From: an uncultured Actinomycetes bacterium
GTDB lineage: Bacteria; Actinomycetota; Acidimicrobiia; IMCC26256; JACDBD01
Assembly (NCBI GenBank): GCA_963836445.1
Contig: CAWIJM010000027.1
Span: forward strand, 13,163 to 77,162
Direction of reading: 5' to 3'
DNA: 64,000 bases
Shown here one piece after another: positions 27,262 to 37,504 of this stretch (its first letter is position 1; each line of letters opens with the position of its first letter). The notes beneath the pieces were generated by a model. That model saw only the letters and a list, made by a program, of their open reading frames with translations, was not told the origin of the DNA and searched no databases. Made by a program: the position numbers and the translations under genes.

Positions 27262-28026
27262 ATGGACATCGCCGGACGTGTCGCGCTCGTGACCGGTGCG
27301 GGAGCCGGGATCGGCCGGGCCACGGCGGTGCGGCTGGCCCGGGAGGGGGCGGCCGTCGCCGTCGCCGACTTCGACGACGGTCCCGGCCGGGACACCGTCG
27401 GAGAGATCGAGGCCGCTTCCGGACGCGCCGGCTTCGTGCACGTCGATGTGGCACGCGATGCCGACGTCCGGGCGATGGTCGACTTCGCGGTCACGACGTT
27501 CGGCGGTCTCGACGTCCTCGTGAACAACGCCGGCATCGTGGTGAACCCGGCGTTCCCGGACGCCGAGCCCGAGGCGTGGATGCGTGTGCTGGACGTGAAC
27601 CTGCGCGGCCCCATGCTGGGCACCCACTACGCCGTCCCGGCCATGCGGGACCGCGGCAGCGGCGCGATCGTCAACATCGCCTCCCTCGCCGGCATCGGGC
27701 TCGGCCCGCACCCGTCGCCCGACTACGCCGCCACGAAAGCCGGCGTCGCGCGGTTCACCGCCGCGCTCGCATCTCTCGGCGAGGAGTCCGGGATCCGCGT
27801 GAACTGCATCTGTCCCGACTGGGTCGACACGCCGATGTCGAGGCGCTCCCGATCGCGCATGACCCCCGAGGAGGAGGCGGCCACCGTCCCGCCCGGGATC
27901 CTCGCACCCGAGGAGATCGCCGACGCCGCCGTCGAGTTCATCCGCGACGACACGCTTGCCGGCCGGGTGATGGCGTGCTGGTGCGACCAGCCCCGATCGC
28001 TGTTCCCGGTACCCGACTGGTCGTAG
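27262..28026 (+). CDS. SDR family oxidoreductase
   Basis: TGAGAGIGRA Rossmann motif, NNAG, catalytic S...YAATK. Confidence 0.88.
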   Translation: MDIAGRVALVTGAGAGIGRATAVRLAREGAAVAVADFDDGPGRDTVGEIEAASGRAGFVHVDVARDADVRAMVDFAVTTFGGLDVLVNNAGIVVNPAFPDAEPEAWMRVLDVNLRGPMLGTHYAVPAMRDRGSGAIVNIASLAGIGLGPHPSPDYAATKAGVARFTAALASLGEESGIRVNCICPDWVDTPMSRRSRSRMTPEEEAATVPPGILAPEEIADAAVEFIRDDTLAGRVMACWCDQPRSLFPVPDWS

Positions 28027-28131
28027 ACGAGGGCGTAGCTGTCATACCTCCGTGCGATCCTGTGGCGACGGCGGCTTTGCCGACCGTCGCCGCAACGCAG
28101 GAGCTTGCGACGGCGACGAAAGGGGTTGTGT

Positions 28132-28323
28132 ATGGAGATCAACTGCGACAGCTGCGTGATGCAGCACACGGACGCGTGTGAGGACTGCGTCGTCAGGTTC
28201 ATCGTCGACCGGCACCCGGGGGAGGCGATCGTGATCGACGTCGAGGAGGAGCGGGCGGTGCGGATGCTGTCCGACGCCGGTCTCGTCCCCGAACTGAGGC
28301 ACCGGCGGGCCCACGCCGGCTGA
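28132..28323 (+). CDS. Small Cys-rich hypothetical protein
   Basis: MEINCDSCVMQHTDACEDCVVRFIV...: CxxC-x7-CxxC near the N-terminus; ATG 28132 within ORF 28105..28323. Confidence 0.4.
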   Translation: MEINCDSCVMQHTDACEDCVVRFIVDRHPGEAIVIDVEEERAVRMLSDAGLVPELRHRRAHAG

Positions 28324-29511
28324 CTAGGCGGGCGCCTCGGCTCGCAGCGCCCCCGCGCTCGACCGCTCCTTGGGCCGGTGCGCGAACGGGTCGTAGCGGA
28401 AGATCCGCGTCGCGTTTTCGTGCGTGATCTTGTCGACGATGCCGTCGTCGACGCCGTCGAGCTGCTTGGCGACCGACTCGGGCGAGTTCGGCCACGACGA
28501 GTCGGAGTGGGGGTAGTCGCACTCCCACGTCATGTTGTCGATGCCGATCGCCTCGCGCTCGTCGACGCCGGCGCGGTCGCTGATGAAGCAGAACGTGAAG
28601 TGGTCCCGCGCCACCTGGCTCGGCAGCGCGTCGCCGAAGTCCTGACCCGTCCAGAAGCGGTGCTGCTGGTACACGTAGTCGATCCGCTCGAGCCAGTAGG
28701 GCAGCCAACCCGTCCCGCCCTCCGAGAGCGCGAACTTGAGGTTCGGGAACTTCCGGAGGACCTGCGACCACAGCAGGTCGGTCGCGGCTTCCATGGTGTT
28801 GAGCGGTGTCAGCGTGATCATGATGTCGATCGGCGCGCCCGGGGCGATCTCGATCTGTGTCGACGACGAGCCGATGTGCAGGCAGATGATCGTGCCTTCG
28901 TCCTCGCAGGCGGCGAAGAACGGGTCCCAGTGGTCCCCGAAGATGTGCGGCCAGCCCAGCTTGAACGGGTTCTCCGAGAACGTGACCGCGTGGCAGCCCT
29001 TCTTGGCGACACGCCGCACCTCGTCCGCCATGAGCTGTGGATCCCAGATCGGCGGGATCGAGAGCGGGATGAAACGGCCCGGGTAGGTGCCGCACCACTC
29101 GTCGATGTGCCAGTCGTTGTAGGCCCGCAGGAGGTTGAGCCCCATGTCGAGGTCCTTCGAGCGCGAGAACAGTTGCCCGCAGAACTGCACGAAGGACGGG
29201 AAGCACATCGAGCCGAGCACGCCGTTGCGGTTCATGTCGTTGACGCGCTCGTGGATGTCGTAACAACCCTTGCGCATCATGTCGTAGCTCGTCGGCTCGA
29301 TGTTGTACTCCTCGGGCGGCCGCCCCGCGACCGCGTTGAGCCCGATGTTGGGGATCACGCTGTCCTCGTAGACCCACACGTCGATGCCGTCGCGACGGAC
29401 GCTTCTGGGCGCGTGCTCCATCCATTTCTCCGGCAGGTGACCCTCGAAGAGGTCGGGCGGCTCGACGACGTGGTCGTCCACGCTCACGAGGATGAGGTCT
29501 TCTGCCCGCAT
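28324..29511 (-). CDS. Amidohydrolase-2 family (ACMSD-like metal-dependent hydrolase/decarboxylase)
   Basis: 395 aa from ATG 29511; ILVSVDDHVVEPP...NDWHIDEW...HAVTFSENP...LHIGSSS...ECDYPHSDSSWP. Confidence 0.85.
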   Translation of the reverse strand: MRAEDLILVSVDDHVVEPPDLFEGHLPEKWMEHAPRSVRRDGIDVWVYEDSVIPNIGLNAVAGRPPEEYNIEPTSYDMMRKGCYDIHERVNDMNRNGVLGSMCFPSFVQFCGQLFSRSKDLDMGLNLLRAYNDWHIDEWCGTYPGRFIPLSIPPIWDPQLMADEVRRVAKKGCHAVTFSENPFKLGWPHIFGDHWDPFFAACEDEGTIICLHIGSSSTQIEIAPGAPIDIMITLTPLNTMEAATDLLWSQVLRKFPNLKFALSEGGTGWLPYWLERIDYVYQQHRFWTGQDFGDALPSQVARDHFTFCFISDRAGVDEREAIGIDNMTWECDYPHSDSSWPNSPESVAKQLDGVDDGIVDKITHENATRIFRYDPFAHRPKERSSAGALRAEAPA

Positions 29512-29522
29512 GGGATCTCCTC

Positions 29523-30782
29523 TCAGCCGAAGAGCACCGGCAGCGCCGGCGGCGCCCGGAACGTCATGCCCGTGATGTGCGGTGCGTCGGCCGCAGGGTC
29601 GAGTCGCAGGTTCGGCAGGCGGTCGAAGATCCGCTCGAGCACGACGCGGGTTTCCATGCGCGCCAGGTGCATGCCCAGGCACATGTGCGGCCCGAACGCG
29701 AACGCGAGGTGCTGGCGCTGCTCGCGGTGGATGTCGAACTCTTCGGAGCGCTCCCAGTACTTCTCGTCGTGATTGGCCGAGCCCATGTTGGTGATGACGA
29801 TTGCGCCGGACGGGACCTCGACGCCGTCGACGACCGTGTCGCGCGTCGCGGTCCGCACGATCGTCGTGAGTGGCGGTTCCCAGCGCAGCCCCTCCTCGAT
29901 CGCCTGCGGCATGAGGGTCCGGTCGGCGCGCAGCGCGTCCAGCTGGTCGGGGTTGGTGAGCAGGCCGAAGAGCAGGTTGCTCGAGGAGCGGTACGTCGTC
30001 TCCGCACCGGCGGGAAGGAGCAGCCGCAGGAAGGCGAAGATCTCCTCGTCGGTGAGGTGCTGACCGTCGAGCTCGGCGGCCGCGAGCGTGCTCATGAGAT
30101 CGTCTGCGGGGTGAGCGCGCCGGTCGGCGAGGACCCGGGCGAAGTAGTCGCGCAGTTGCGCCGAGGCTCGGGTGCCGCGGTCCCAGTCGAACGAGACGCT
30201 GATGAGCTCGATCGCCCAGCGATGGAACTGCGGGAGGTCCTGGCGGGGGAGCCCGAGCATCCGGGCGATCACGTTCACCGGGAACGGCAACGTGAGCTCG
30301 CGCACGAGCTCGGCCTGGCCGCGGTCGACGAAGGCGTCGATGCACTCGTCGACGATCGGACCGACCGCTTCCGTTTCCCAGCGTTCCATCGCTTTGCGGC
30401 TGAACGCCTGTTGCACGAGCCCGCGGTAGGTGTGGTGCTCGGGCTCGTCCATCTCGAGGATCGTGTGGCCCATGACCGCGCCCATGACTTCGGCGTATCC
30501 CGCGGACGAGAACGTCTCGCCGTCGCGCAGGACGGTCTGCACGGCGTCGTAGCTGAACGCGGTGAAGACGTCGGGACCGGGCGGGGGCGCGCTGCCGTCG
30601 GCGAGCAACGCCGCCTCGAGGTTCTCCTTGAGCAGCGGCCCCTTCTCCCGGGCCATGGCCAGGAGCGGGTACGGATCCTCGACCACGCCCGCGCCGACGC
30701 TGCGGTTGAACTCCTCGAACGGGTCGTAGGTGCCGTCGATAGCCTCGGGCGCGCTCACGAACCCTGACGATAGCGTCAGCAA
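29523..30782 (-). CDS. Cytochrome P450
   Basis: I-helix LLLPAGAETT, EGLRWEPP (ExxR), heme loop FAFGPHMCLGMHLA. Confidence 0.9.
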   Translation of the reverse strand: MLTLSSGFVSAPEAIDGTYDPFEEFNRSVGAGVVEDPYPLLAMAREKGPLLKENLEAALLADGSAPPPGPDVFTAFSYDAVQTVLRDGETFSSAGYAEVMGAVMGHTILEMDEPEHHTYRGLVQQAFSRKAMERWETEAVGPIVDECIDAFVDRGQAELVRELTLPFPVNVIARMLGLPRQDLPQFHRWAIELISVSFDWDRGTRASAQLRDYFARVLADRRAHPADDLMSTLAAAELDGQHLTDEEIFAFLRLLLPAGAETTYRSSSNLLFGLLTNPDQLDALRADRTLMPQAIEEGLRWEPPLTTIVRTATRDTVVDGVEVPSGAIVITNMGSANHDEKYWERSEEFDIHREQRQHLAFAFGPHMCLGMHLARMETRVVLERIFDRLPNLRLDPAADAPHITGMTFRAPPALPVLFG

Positions 30783-30824
30783 ACGGCGCGCGGTACCCGC
30801 TCACGCCATGGAGGACAGCGTCGG

Positions 30825-31346
30825 ATGGATGCGAACGCGGTGAACCTCGCCCTGCTCGGTCTGCGGGTGGCGGCGGGCGTCGTCATGTTCGCCCACGGGT
30901 GGAACCACCTGGCCCGCATGCGCGAGGGACCGGGCGTCTCGAACTGGTTCGCGAGCCTCGGCCTCCATCCCGGCCCCGCCCACGCCTGGCTCGTCACCGT
31001 GACCGAGCTGGCCGCGGGGACGCTGCTCGTGTTCGGCCTGCTCACGCCGCTCGGCGCCGCCGCCGTCACCGGTGTCGCGGCCGTCGCGTGGGTCACCAAC
31101 CACCGCAACGCCGGGTTCTTCGTGTTCAAGCGGCCGACCGAGGGATGGGAGTACGTGATGGTGCTCACCGTGCTCGGCCTGGCACTCGGCGCGCTCGGCC
31201 CGGGGGAGTGGTCCCTCGACGACGCGCTCGGTTTCTCGTGGGTCGACGGCTGGTCCGGCTTCGCGATCACGGCGATCGCCGGGCTCGGGGGCGCGCTGGC
31301 GCTACTCGTGCTGTTCTGGCGGCCGCCGCGGGAGGAAACGGCATAG
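30825..31346 (+). CDS. DoxX family membrane protein
   Basis: LGLRVAAGVVMFAHGWNHL...LVTVTELAAGTLLVFGLLTPLGAAAV..., 4 TM helices. Confidence 0.8.
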   Translation: MDANAVNLALLGLRVAAGVVMFAHGWNHLARMREGPGVSNWFASLGLHPGPAHAWLVTVTELAAGTLLVFGLLTPLGAAAVTGVAAVAWVTNHRNAGFFVFKRPTEGWEYVMVLTVLGLALGALGPGEWSLDDALGFSWVDGWSGFAITAIAGLGGALALLVLFWRPPREETA

Positions 31347-31360
31347 CCGGATGCGCCGGA

Positions 31361-31810
31361 CTACCGGCGCGGTGTCATGTCGAGGTCGGGGGGCGGCTGG
31401 TCGGGGATCTTCCAGCGCAGGAACTCCTTGTCGTACAGCTCGTGGTAGGCGTTCGCCTGGTCGACCATGCCGTGGAACGCGGTCTCGAACTTGTCCCAAT
31501 CCTGCGCCTCGATCGCCTGTTTGACCTGCTCGACGTCCTCGGCGATGAACTTCGTCATGTTCTCCTCGTACTTGGGCCGCACGAACGCGCCCATCTCCAT
31601 GAGGTTGACGGCCTCCTTGAGCTGGAAGCGCGCCAGCGGCTGATTGCCCGCCTTGCCGGCGTAGTAGCACTTCCAGATACGCGCGCCGATCTCGGGCATG
31701 ATGCGCGCCAACCCGGGTTGGATGTGACCGAGCTCGTCGAGGCCGAAGCTGCTCTTCCCGGTGTCGACGATGTGGTCGTGCTCGGGAACGTCACCACCGG
31801 TCACGGCCAT
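31361..31810 (-). CDS. Hypothetical protein (soluble, no family recognised)
   Basis: 149-aa ORF with ordinary protein composition and GC3 bias (..GLARIMPEIGARIWKCYYAGKAGNQPLARFQLKEAVNLMEMGAFVRPKYEENMTKF..). Confidence 0.55.
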   Translation of the reverse strand: MAVTGGDVPEHDHIVDTGKSSFGLDELGHIQPGLARIMPEIGARIWKCYYAGKAGNQPLARFQLKEAVNLMEMGAFVRPKYEENMTKFIAEDVEQVKQAIEAQDWDKFETAFHGMVDQANAYHELYDKEFLRWKIPDQPPPDLDMTPRR

Positions 31811-31894
31811 GTGGTCCTCCTGTCGCTCGCCGGCGTCGCGTCAACATGACCTGACTACCATGTCAGGTTCCGTCGGTTCCAGTGAGGGAGCGCA

Positions 31895-33079
31895 ATGGAG
31901 GCACGTGAGGCGGTCATCGTCGACACGGTGCGTACCGCGGTGGGCAAGCGGAAGGGCGCGCTGGCGAACTGGCACCCGTCCGACCTGCTCGGCCTGACGC
32001 TGCGGTCCCTGCTCGAACGCAACGACGTCGATCCCGGGACCATCGACGACGTCGTCGGCGGATGCGTGACCCAGTCGGGGGAGCAGGGGTGCAACGTCAC
32101 GCGCAACGCCTGGGTCGCGGCCGGGTTGCCGAGGCACGTCCCCGCTTCCTCCGTCGACCGGCAGTGCGGCTCGTCGCAACAGGCGATGCACTTCGTCGCC
32201 CAGGGCGTGATGGCCGGCGCCTATGACCTCGCGATCGCGGTGGAGTCGAGTCGATGACCCGGGCGCCGATGTCGACCAACGCTCGCGGCGGAGTCGGGCC
32301 GTTCAGCCCTGCGTTCATGGAGCACACGAATCACACGCTCGGCATCCAGTTCTGGGTCGCTCAGGTGCTCGCCGACCGCTTCGGCGTCACCCGCGACGAC
32401 ATGGACGCCTTCGCGCTGGAGAGCCACCGGCGCGCCGCCGCCAACGTCGACTCCGGGTTCTTCGCCCGCGAGCTCTTGCCCGTCCCGCTCAAGAACGAGC
32501 ACGGCGAGCCCACGGGCAACGTGCTGCGCAGCGACGAGGCGATCCGGCCCGGCACGTCGCTCGAGCAACTGGCGGCATTGCCGGCGGTCTGGGAGTCCGA
32601 GGAGCAGCCGGCGCCCGACATCACCGCCGGTAACTCGTCGCCGATGAGCGACGGCGCCTCGGCGATGCTCGTCGCCGACCGGGCGACCGCCGAGCGCCTC
32701 GGCCTGCCGATCGGCGCGGTTCGTGCACTTCGCCGTGCTCGCCGACGACCCGGTGCTCGTGCTCTCGGCGCCGAACCCGGTCACGCGCAAGCTGCTCGAG
32801 CGCACGGGCATGAAGATCGACGAGTTCGACGCGATCGAGTGCAACGAGGCGTTCGCCGTGATCGCTCTCATGTGGGCGAAGGAGTTCCGTCCCGACCCGG
32901 TGCGGTACAACCCGCGGGGCGGCGCGATCGCGATCGGGCACCCGCTCGGCGCGAGCGGCGTGCGGCTGATGACCACGATGCTCAATCACCTGGAGACGAC
33001 CGGCGGCCGTTTCGGTTTCCAGACCATGTGCGAGGGCGGCGGCCAGGCGAACGCCACCGTGATCGAGCGCCTCGGGTAA
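31895..33079 (+). pseudogene. Acetyl-CoA C-acyltransferase (thiolase), frame broken twice (or assembly indels)
   Basis: Three ORF pieces: 31895..32257 (active-site SVDRQCGSSQQA), 32254..~32716 (..NSSPMSDGASAML..) and 32717..33079 (..ECNEAFA...GGAIAIGHPLGASG...CEGGGQA). Break 1 is a tandem GTCGA GTCGA at 32245-32254. Break 2 is an extra G near 32713-32719. Confidence 0.85.
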
Positions 33080-33144
33080 CCGCGACGGCGTGGGAGACTC
33101 GGAGTGTGTTGACGCTCGAGTCCGGGTAGGGAGGGAGGCGACTG

Positions 33145-35505
33145 ATGCCGACCGCGCTCTCCGACGACGACGTCGCCGCGATCGACGCGTACTGGCGGGC
33201 CGCCAACTACCTCACCGTCGGCCAGATCTATCTCTGCGACAACGCGTTGCTGCGCGAGCCGCTGCGGCCCGAGCACATCAAGCCCCGCCTGCTCGGCCAC
33301 TGGGGAACCTCGCCGGGCCTGAGTCTCCTGTACGCCCACCTCAACCGCGTCATCCGCGAACGAGACGCCGACGTGGTCTTCATCACCGGGCCCGGGCACG
33401 GTGGTCCCGCCATCCTCGCCAACGTGTACCTCGAAGGCACCTACAGCGAGATGTACCCGGTGGTGTCGCAGGATCACGACGGCATGGGCAGGCTGTTCCG
33501 GCAGTTCTCGACGCCCGGCGGCGTACCGAGCCACGTCAGCGTTCCGACACCGGGGTCGATCCACGAGGGCGGCGAGCTCGGCTACGCGCTCGTCCACGCG
33601 TTCGGCGCGGCGTTCGACAACCCGGATCTCGTCGTCGCGTGCGTCGTCGGCGACGGGGAAGCCGAGACGGGACCGCTGTCCGGCTCGTGGCAGGGGATCG
33701 ACTTCCTCAATCCGGTGCGTGACGGCGCCGTCCTGCCGATCCTGCACCTCAACGGCTACAAGATCTCGGGTCCGACCGTGTTCGGACGGGCCAGCGACGA
33801 CGGCGTCGAGTCCGTCCTCGCCGGCTACGGGTACGACGTCCACTTCGTCGAGGGTGACGACCCGCCGGTCGTGCACCGCGAGCTGGCGTCGACCCTCGAC
33901 CGTTGCTTCGACGCGATCAAGGCGATCCAGGACGGCGCCCGCGCGCACGGCTTCGGCGCCCGCCCCCGCTGGCCCGCGATCGTGTTGCGGACGCCGAAGG
34001 GCTGGACGGGGCCGAAGGTCGTCGACGGCCTCCCCGTCGAGGGCACCTTCCGGGCCCATCAGGTGCCGCTGGCGAAGGTGCGTGACAACCCCGACCATCT
34101 CCGTCAGCTCGACGAGTGGATGCGCAGCTACCGGCCCGAGGAGCTCTTCGACGGCGAAGGGCTGTTGGCGGCCCCGCTGGCGGAGCTCGCGCCCGAGGGC
34201 GAGCGCCGCATGGGCGCCAACCCGCACGCGAACGGCGGCCTCCTGCTCAAGCCGCTCGACCTTCCGGACTTCACCGAGTACGCGATCCCGGTCGCCACGC
34301 CGGGGGCGGAGCTCCACGAGTCGACGCGCCGGCTGGGCGAGTTCCTGCGCGACGTGTTCACCCGCAACGAGAAGGACGCCAACTTCCGGCTCGTGTGCCC
34401 CGACGAGACGAACTCGAACCGGCTCGGCGCCGTGTTCGACGTCGAGAACCGCGTGCTGCTCGAGCCGATCCTCGACATCGACGACCACGTCGCGCCGGAT
34501 GGACGCGTGATGGAGATCCTCAGCGAGCACAACTGCCAGGGCTGGCTCGAGGGGTACCTCCTCACTGGGCGGCACGGGCTGTTCGCCTCGTACGAAGCGT
34601 TCGCCATGGTCTCGGCCTCGATGACGGTGCAGCACGCCAAGTGGCTCGAGGCGGCGCGGGACCTCACGTGGCGCGCCTCGGTCGCATCGCTGAACGTGCT
34701 GCTCACCTCGACGTGCTGGCGGAACGACCACAACGGGTTCAGCCACCAGGGTCCCGGGTTGATCGACACGGTCCTCAGCAAGAAGGGCACGGTGTCGCGC
34801 ATCTACCTGCCGCCCGACGCCAACAGCCTGCTCTCTGTCGCCGACCACTGCCTCCGCAGCCGCGACTACGTGAACCTCATCGTGATCGACAAGCAGCCCC
34901 AACTCCAGTGGCTCGACATGGACGCCGCCCGCCGGCACGCCGCGCACGGCGCGTCGGTGTGGGACTGGGCGGGTAACGAGCACCGGAAGGAGCCCGAAAT
35001 TGTGCTCGCCTCGGCGGGCGACATCGTCACCATGGAGACGATCGCAGCCGCTCAACTCCTGCGCCGGCACTGCCCCGAGTTCGAGTTCCGCGTCGTGAAC
35101 GTCGTCGACCTCATGGCGCTGTTCCCCGAGGCGCGTCACCCGCACGGGATGGGCGAGGGCGAGTTCGTGGATGCGTTCACCGCCGACACGGACGTCGTGT
35201 TCGCCTTCCACGGGTACCCGAGTGCCGTCCACCATCTGGTCCACGGACGCCCCAACCCGCACCGTTTCCACGTGCGGGGCTACCAGGAGGAGGGCACCAC
35301 GACGACGCCCTTCGACATGGTGGTGCGCAACGAGATCAGCCGGTACCACCTGTGCATCGAAGCGGTGAATCGCGCGCGTGATGTGCCCGTCGGCGCCGAG
35401 ACGCTCGTCGAGCACTGCAAGGGGATGCTGCGAAGGCACGCGGGTTACGTCGTCGAGCATCTCGAGGACATGCCCGAGGTGCGTGACTGGCGCTGGAGCC
35501 CGTGA
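33145..35505 (+). CDS. xfp: Xylulose-5-phosphate/fructose-6-phosphate phosphoketolase
   Basis: 786 aa; [54 protein letters not shown], and the full-length phosphoketolase pattern. Confidence 0.95.
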   Translation: MPTALSDDDVAAIDAYWRAANYLTVGQIYLCDNALLREPLRPEHIKPRLLGHWGTSPGLSLLYAHLNRVIRERDADVVFITGPGHGGPAILANVYLEGTYSEMYPVVSQDHDGMGRLFRQFSTPGGVPSHVSVPTPGSIHEGGELGYALVHAFGAAFDNPDLVVACVVGDGEAETGPLSGSWQGIDFLNPVRDGAVLPILHLNGYKISGPTVFGRASDDGVESVLAGYGYDVHFVEGDDPPVVHRELASTLDRCFDAIKAIQDGARAHGFGARPRWPAIVLRTPKGWTGPKVVDGLPVEGTFRAHQVPLAKVRDNPDHLRQLDEWMRSYRPEELFDGEGLLAAPLAELAPEGERRMGANPHANGGLLLKPLDLPDFTEYAIPVATPGAELHESTRRLGEFLRDVFTRNEKDANFRLVCPDETNSNRLGAVFDVENRVLLEPILDIDDHVAPDGRVMEILSEHNCQGWLEGYLLTGRHGLFASYEAFAMVSASMTVQHAKWLEAARDLTWRASVASLNVLLTSTCWRNDHNGFSHQGPGLIDTVLSKKGTVSRIYLPPDANSLLSVADHCLRSRDYVNLIVIDKQPQLQWLDMDAARRHAAHGASVWDWAGNEHRKEPEIVLASAGDIVTMETIAAAQLLRRHCPEFEFRVVNVVDLMALFPEARHPHGMGEGEFVDAFTADTDVVFAFHGYPSAVHHLVHGRPNPHRFHVRGYQEEGTTTTPFDMVVRNEISRYHLCIEAVNRARDVPVGAETLVEHCKGMLRRHAGYVVEHLEDMPEVRDWRWSP

Positions 35506-36605
35506 GCCGGGGCGCGCCGCTGGTCGTCCTGTGCGTGAACAGCGGCTCGTCCTCGTTGAAGGCGGCGCTGTTCGAGGTCGACGACGCAGCGCAACGCCCG
35601 CTGGCCCGTGCCACGCACCCGGTGGAGTCCGGCGACTACACCGCCGCACTCGAAGCCGCCCTTGCCGCATTCGACGAGCAGGGACTCCCGCCACCGGACG
35701 CCGCCGGCCACCGTGTCGTACACGGCGGGCCCCGCCACGCCGAGCCCGTCATCGTCGACGACGCCGTCCTCACCGAGTTGCGCGAGCTCGTGCCCTTCGC
35801 GCCCTTGCACATCCCGGCGGCGATCTCGGCCATCGAGGCCATCGGCGCCCGGTGGGACATCCCGCAGGCGGCGTGTTTCGACACCGCGTTCCATCACGAC
35901 ATGCCGACACTCGCGCAGCGCCTGCCACTGCCGGACGCGCTCGCGGACGCGGGCCTGCGGCGCTATGGCTTTCACGGCTTGTCGTACGAGTACATCGTCG
36001 GCGCGCTCGGCGCGCACCAGCTCGGCCGCGCCGTCATCGCGCACCTCGGCAACGGCGCCAGCATGGTCGCCGTGCATCACGGGAGGTCGGTCGACACGAC
36101 GATGGGCTTCACGCCGGCGGGCGGATTGATCATGAGCACCCGCAGCGGCGACCTCGATCCGGGCGTCCCGGTCTACCTGCTGCGGGAGCAGGGCTACGAC
36201 GCCGACCGCCTCGAGCAGCTCGTCGACCGCGACGCGGGGCTGGTCGCGTTGTCGGGCGGCACGTCGGACATGCAGACGCTGCTCGAGCGGCGAGACAAGG
36301 ATCAGCGCGCCGCGCTCGCCGTCGACGCCTTCTGTTACCAGGCCCGCAAGCACGTCGGCGCGCTCGCCGCCGTGCTCGGCGGCCTCGACGCGCTCGTGTT
36401 CACCGGCGGCATCGGCGAGAAGGCCGCCTGCATCCGGGCCGAGATCTGCCGCGGTCTCGAGCACCTCGGAGTGGTGCTCGACGGAGGCGCGAACGACGCC
36501 CATGCGGACGTGATCAGCGCGCCCGGCGCCGGATGCGTCGTGCGCGTCGTCCGTACCGACGAGGACATCGTGATCGCCCGTCACACCGGGGCGCTGGTGC
36601 GCTAA
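35502..36605 (+). CDS. ackA: Acetate kinase
   Basis: GTGA overlap with xfp; [70 protein letters not shown]. Confidence 0.92.
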   Translation: MSRGAPLVVLCVNSGSSSLKAALFEVDDAAQRPLARATHPVESGDYTAALEAALAAFDEQGLPPPDAAGHRVVHGGPRHAEPVIVDDAVLTELRELVPFAPLHIPAAISAIEAIGARWDIPQAACFDTAFHHDMPTLAQRLPLPDALADAGLRRYGFHGLSYEYIVGALGAHQLGRAVIAHLGNGASMVAVHHGRSVDTTMGFTPAGGLIMSTRSGDLDPGVPVYLLREQGYDADRLEQLVDRDAGLVALSGGTSDMQTLLERRDKDQRAALAVDAFCYQARKHVGALAAVLGGLDALVFTGGIGEKAACIRAEICRGLEHLGVVLDGGANDAHADVISAPGAGCVVRVVRTDEDIVIARHTGALVR

Positions 36606-37486
36606 CCCACGAGCTCCCTCATGGCGGCGAGCTGCTCGAGGTAGTGCTCGAGCGAGTGGTGCACGAAGCGCACGTTGAGGGTCGTCGCGCCCGCCTCGGC
36701 CAGTCTGGCTGCCGCGTCCGCCACTCGCTCGGGCTCGGCGCCGGGATCGAAGGGGTGCTCGTTCTGGAGGACGAGCTCGAACGGCGGCGCATCGGGCAGG
36801 CCGGCTCGGGCCGTCCACGCCTCGCTGGCGCGGGCACGGGTGATCATCTCGGCGAGGTCGGCGCGTGACAGGCCGAACGGCGCCCAGCCGTCGGCGAGCT
36901 CGATCGCGCGACGCAGCGAACGTGCCGTGCGGCCACCGATCCAGATCGGGAGGTGTGGCTGCACGGCGCACGGGTCGACCACGAAACCGCCGTACGCGAA
37001 ATGCTCGCCGCGGTATGCGGGCTCGATCTGCGAGAGCGAGGCGCGCAACGCTCGGATGGCGTCGTCGGCGCGCTCGCCGCGCCCCGCGAACTCAGCGCCC
37101 AGCAGATCGAACTCCTCTTCGAGCGAACCGACGCCGACGCCGAGGACGAGTCGCCCGCCCGAGAGGCGATCGAGCGTGCCGTAGCGCTTGGCGATGGCGA
37201 GGGGGTGGTGGTACCCGAGGACGAGCACGTGCGTGGCGAGCCGGATGGTGGTGGTGCGAGCAGCGATGTAGCCGAAGGTGGCGAGCGGATCCCAGTAGGT
37301 AGCGCCGCGTGTGTCGACGACCTCGGTCGGCAGCGCGACGTGCTCGCTGCACGTGAGGTGGTGGTAGCCGAGCCGCTCGGCCTCGACGGCGATGCGGGTG
37401 ATCTCCTCGATGCCCGCCGTCTCCTCCCATTGGGCGTGCGCCCGGGGGAGCCGCGTGACCGCAGGCGTGACGAGGCCGAGCTTCAT
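36602..37486 (-). CDS. LLM-class (luciferase-like) probable F420-dependent oxidoreductase
   Basis: 294 aa; GYHHLTCSEHV..., LGTHVLVLGYHHP, LDRLSGGRLVLGVGVG, IWIGG. Confidence 0.85.
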   Translation of the reverse strand: MKLGLVTPAVTRLPRAHAQWEETAGIEEITRIAVEAERLGYHHLTCSEHVALPTEVVDTRGATYWDPLATFGYIAARTTTIRLATHVLVLGYHHPLAIAKRYGTLDRLSGGRLVLGVGVGSLEEEFDLLGAEFAGRGERADDAIRALRASLSQIEPAYRGEHFAYGGFVVDPCAVQPHLPIWIGGRTARSLRRAIELADGWAPFGLSRADLAEMITRARASEAWTARAGLPDAPPFELVLQNEHPFDPGAEPERVADAAARLAEAGATTLNVRFVHHSLEHYLEQLAAMRELVG

Positions 37487-37504
37487 GGCTCGGCGATCGC
37501 TGTC

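Noticed and set aside
32986-35694. 902-aa minus-strand ORF
   Set aside because: It is antisense to the unmistakable phosphoketolase gene. Its composition (R/V/G/H/E-rich, no motifs) is typical of the shadow frame of a high-GC gene.
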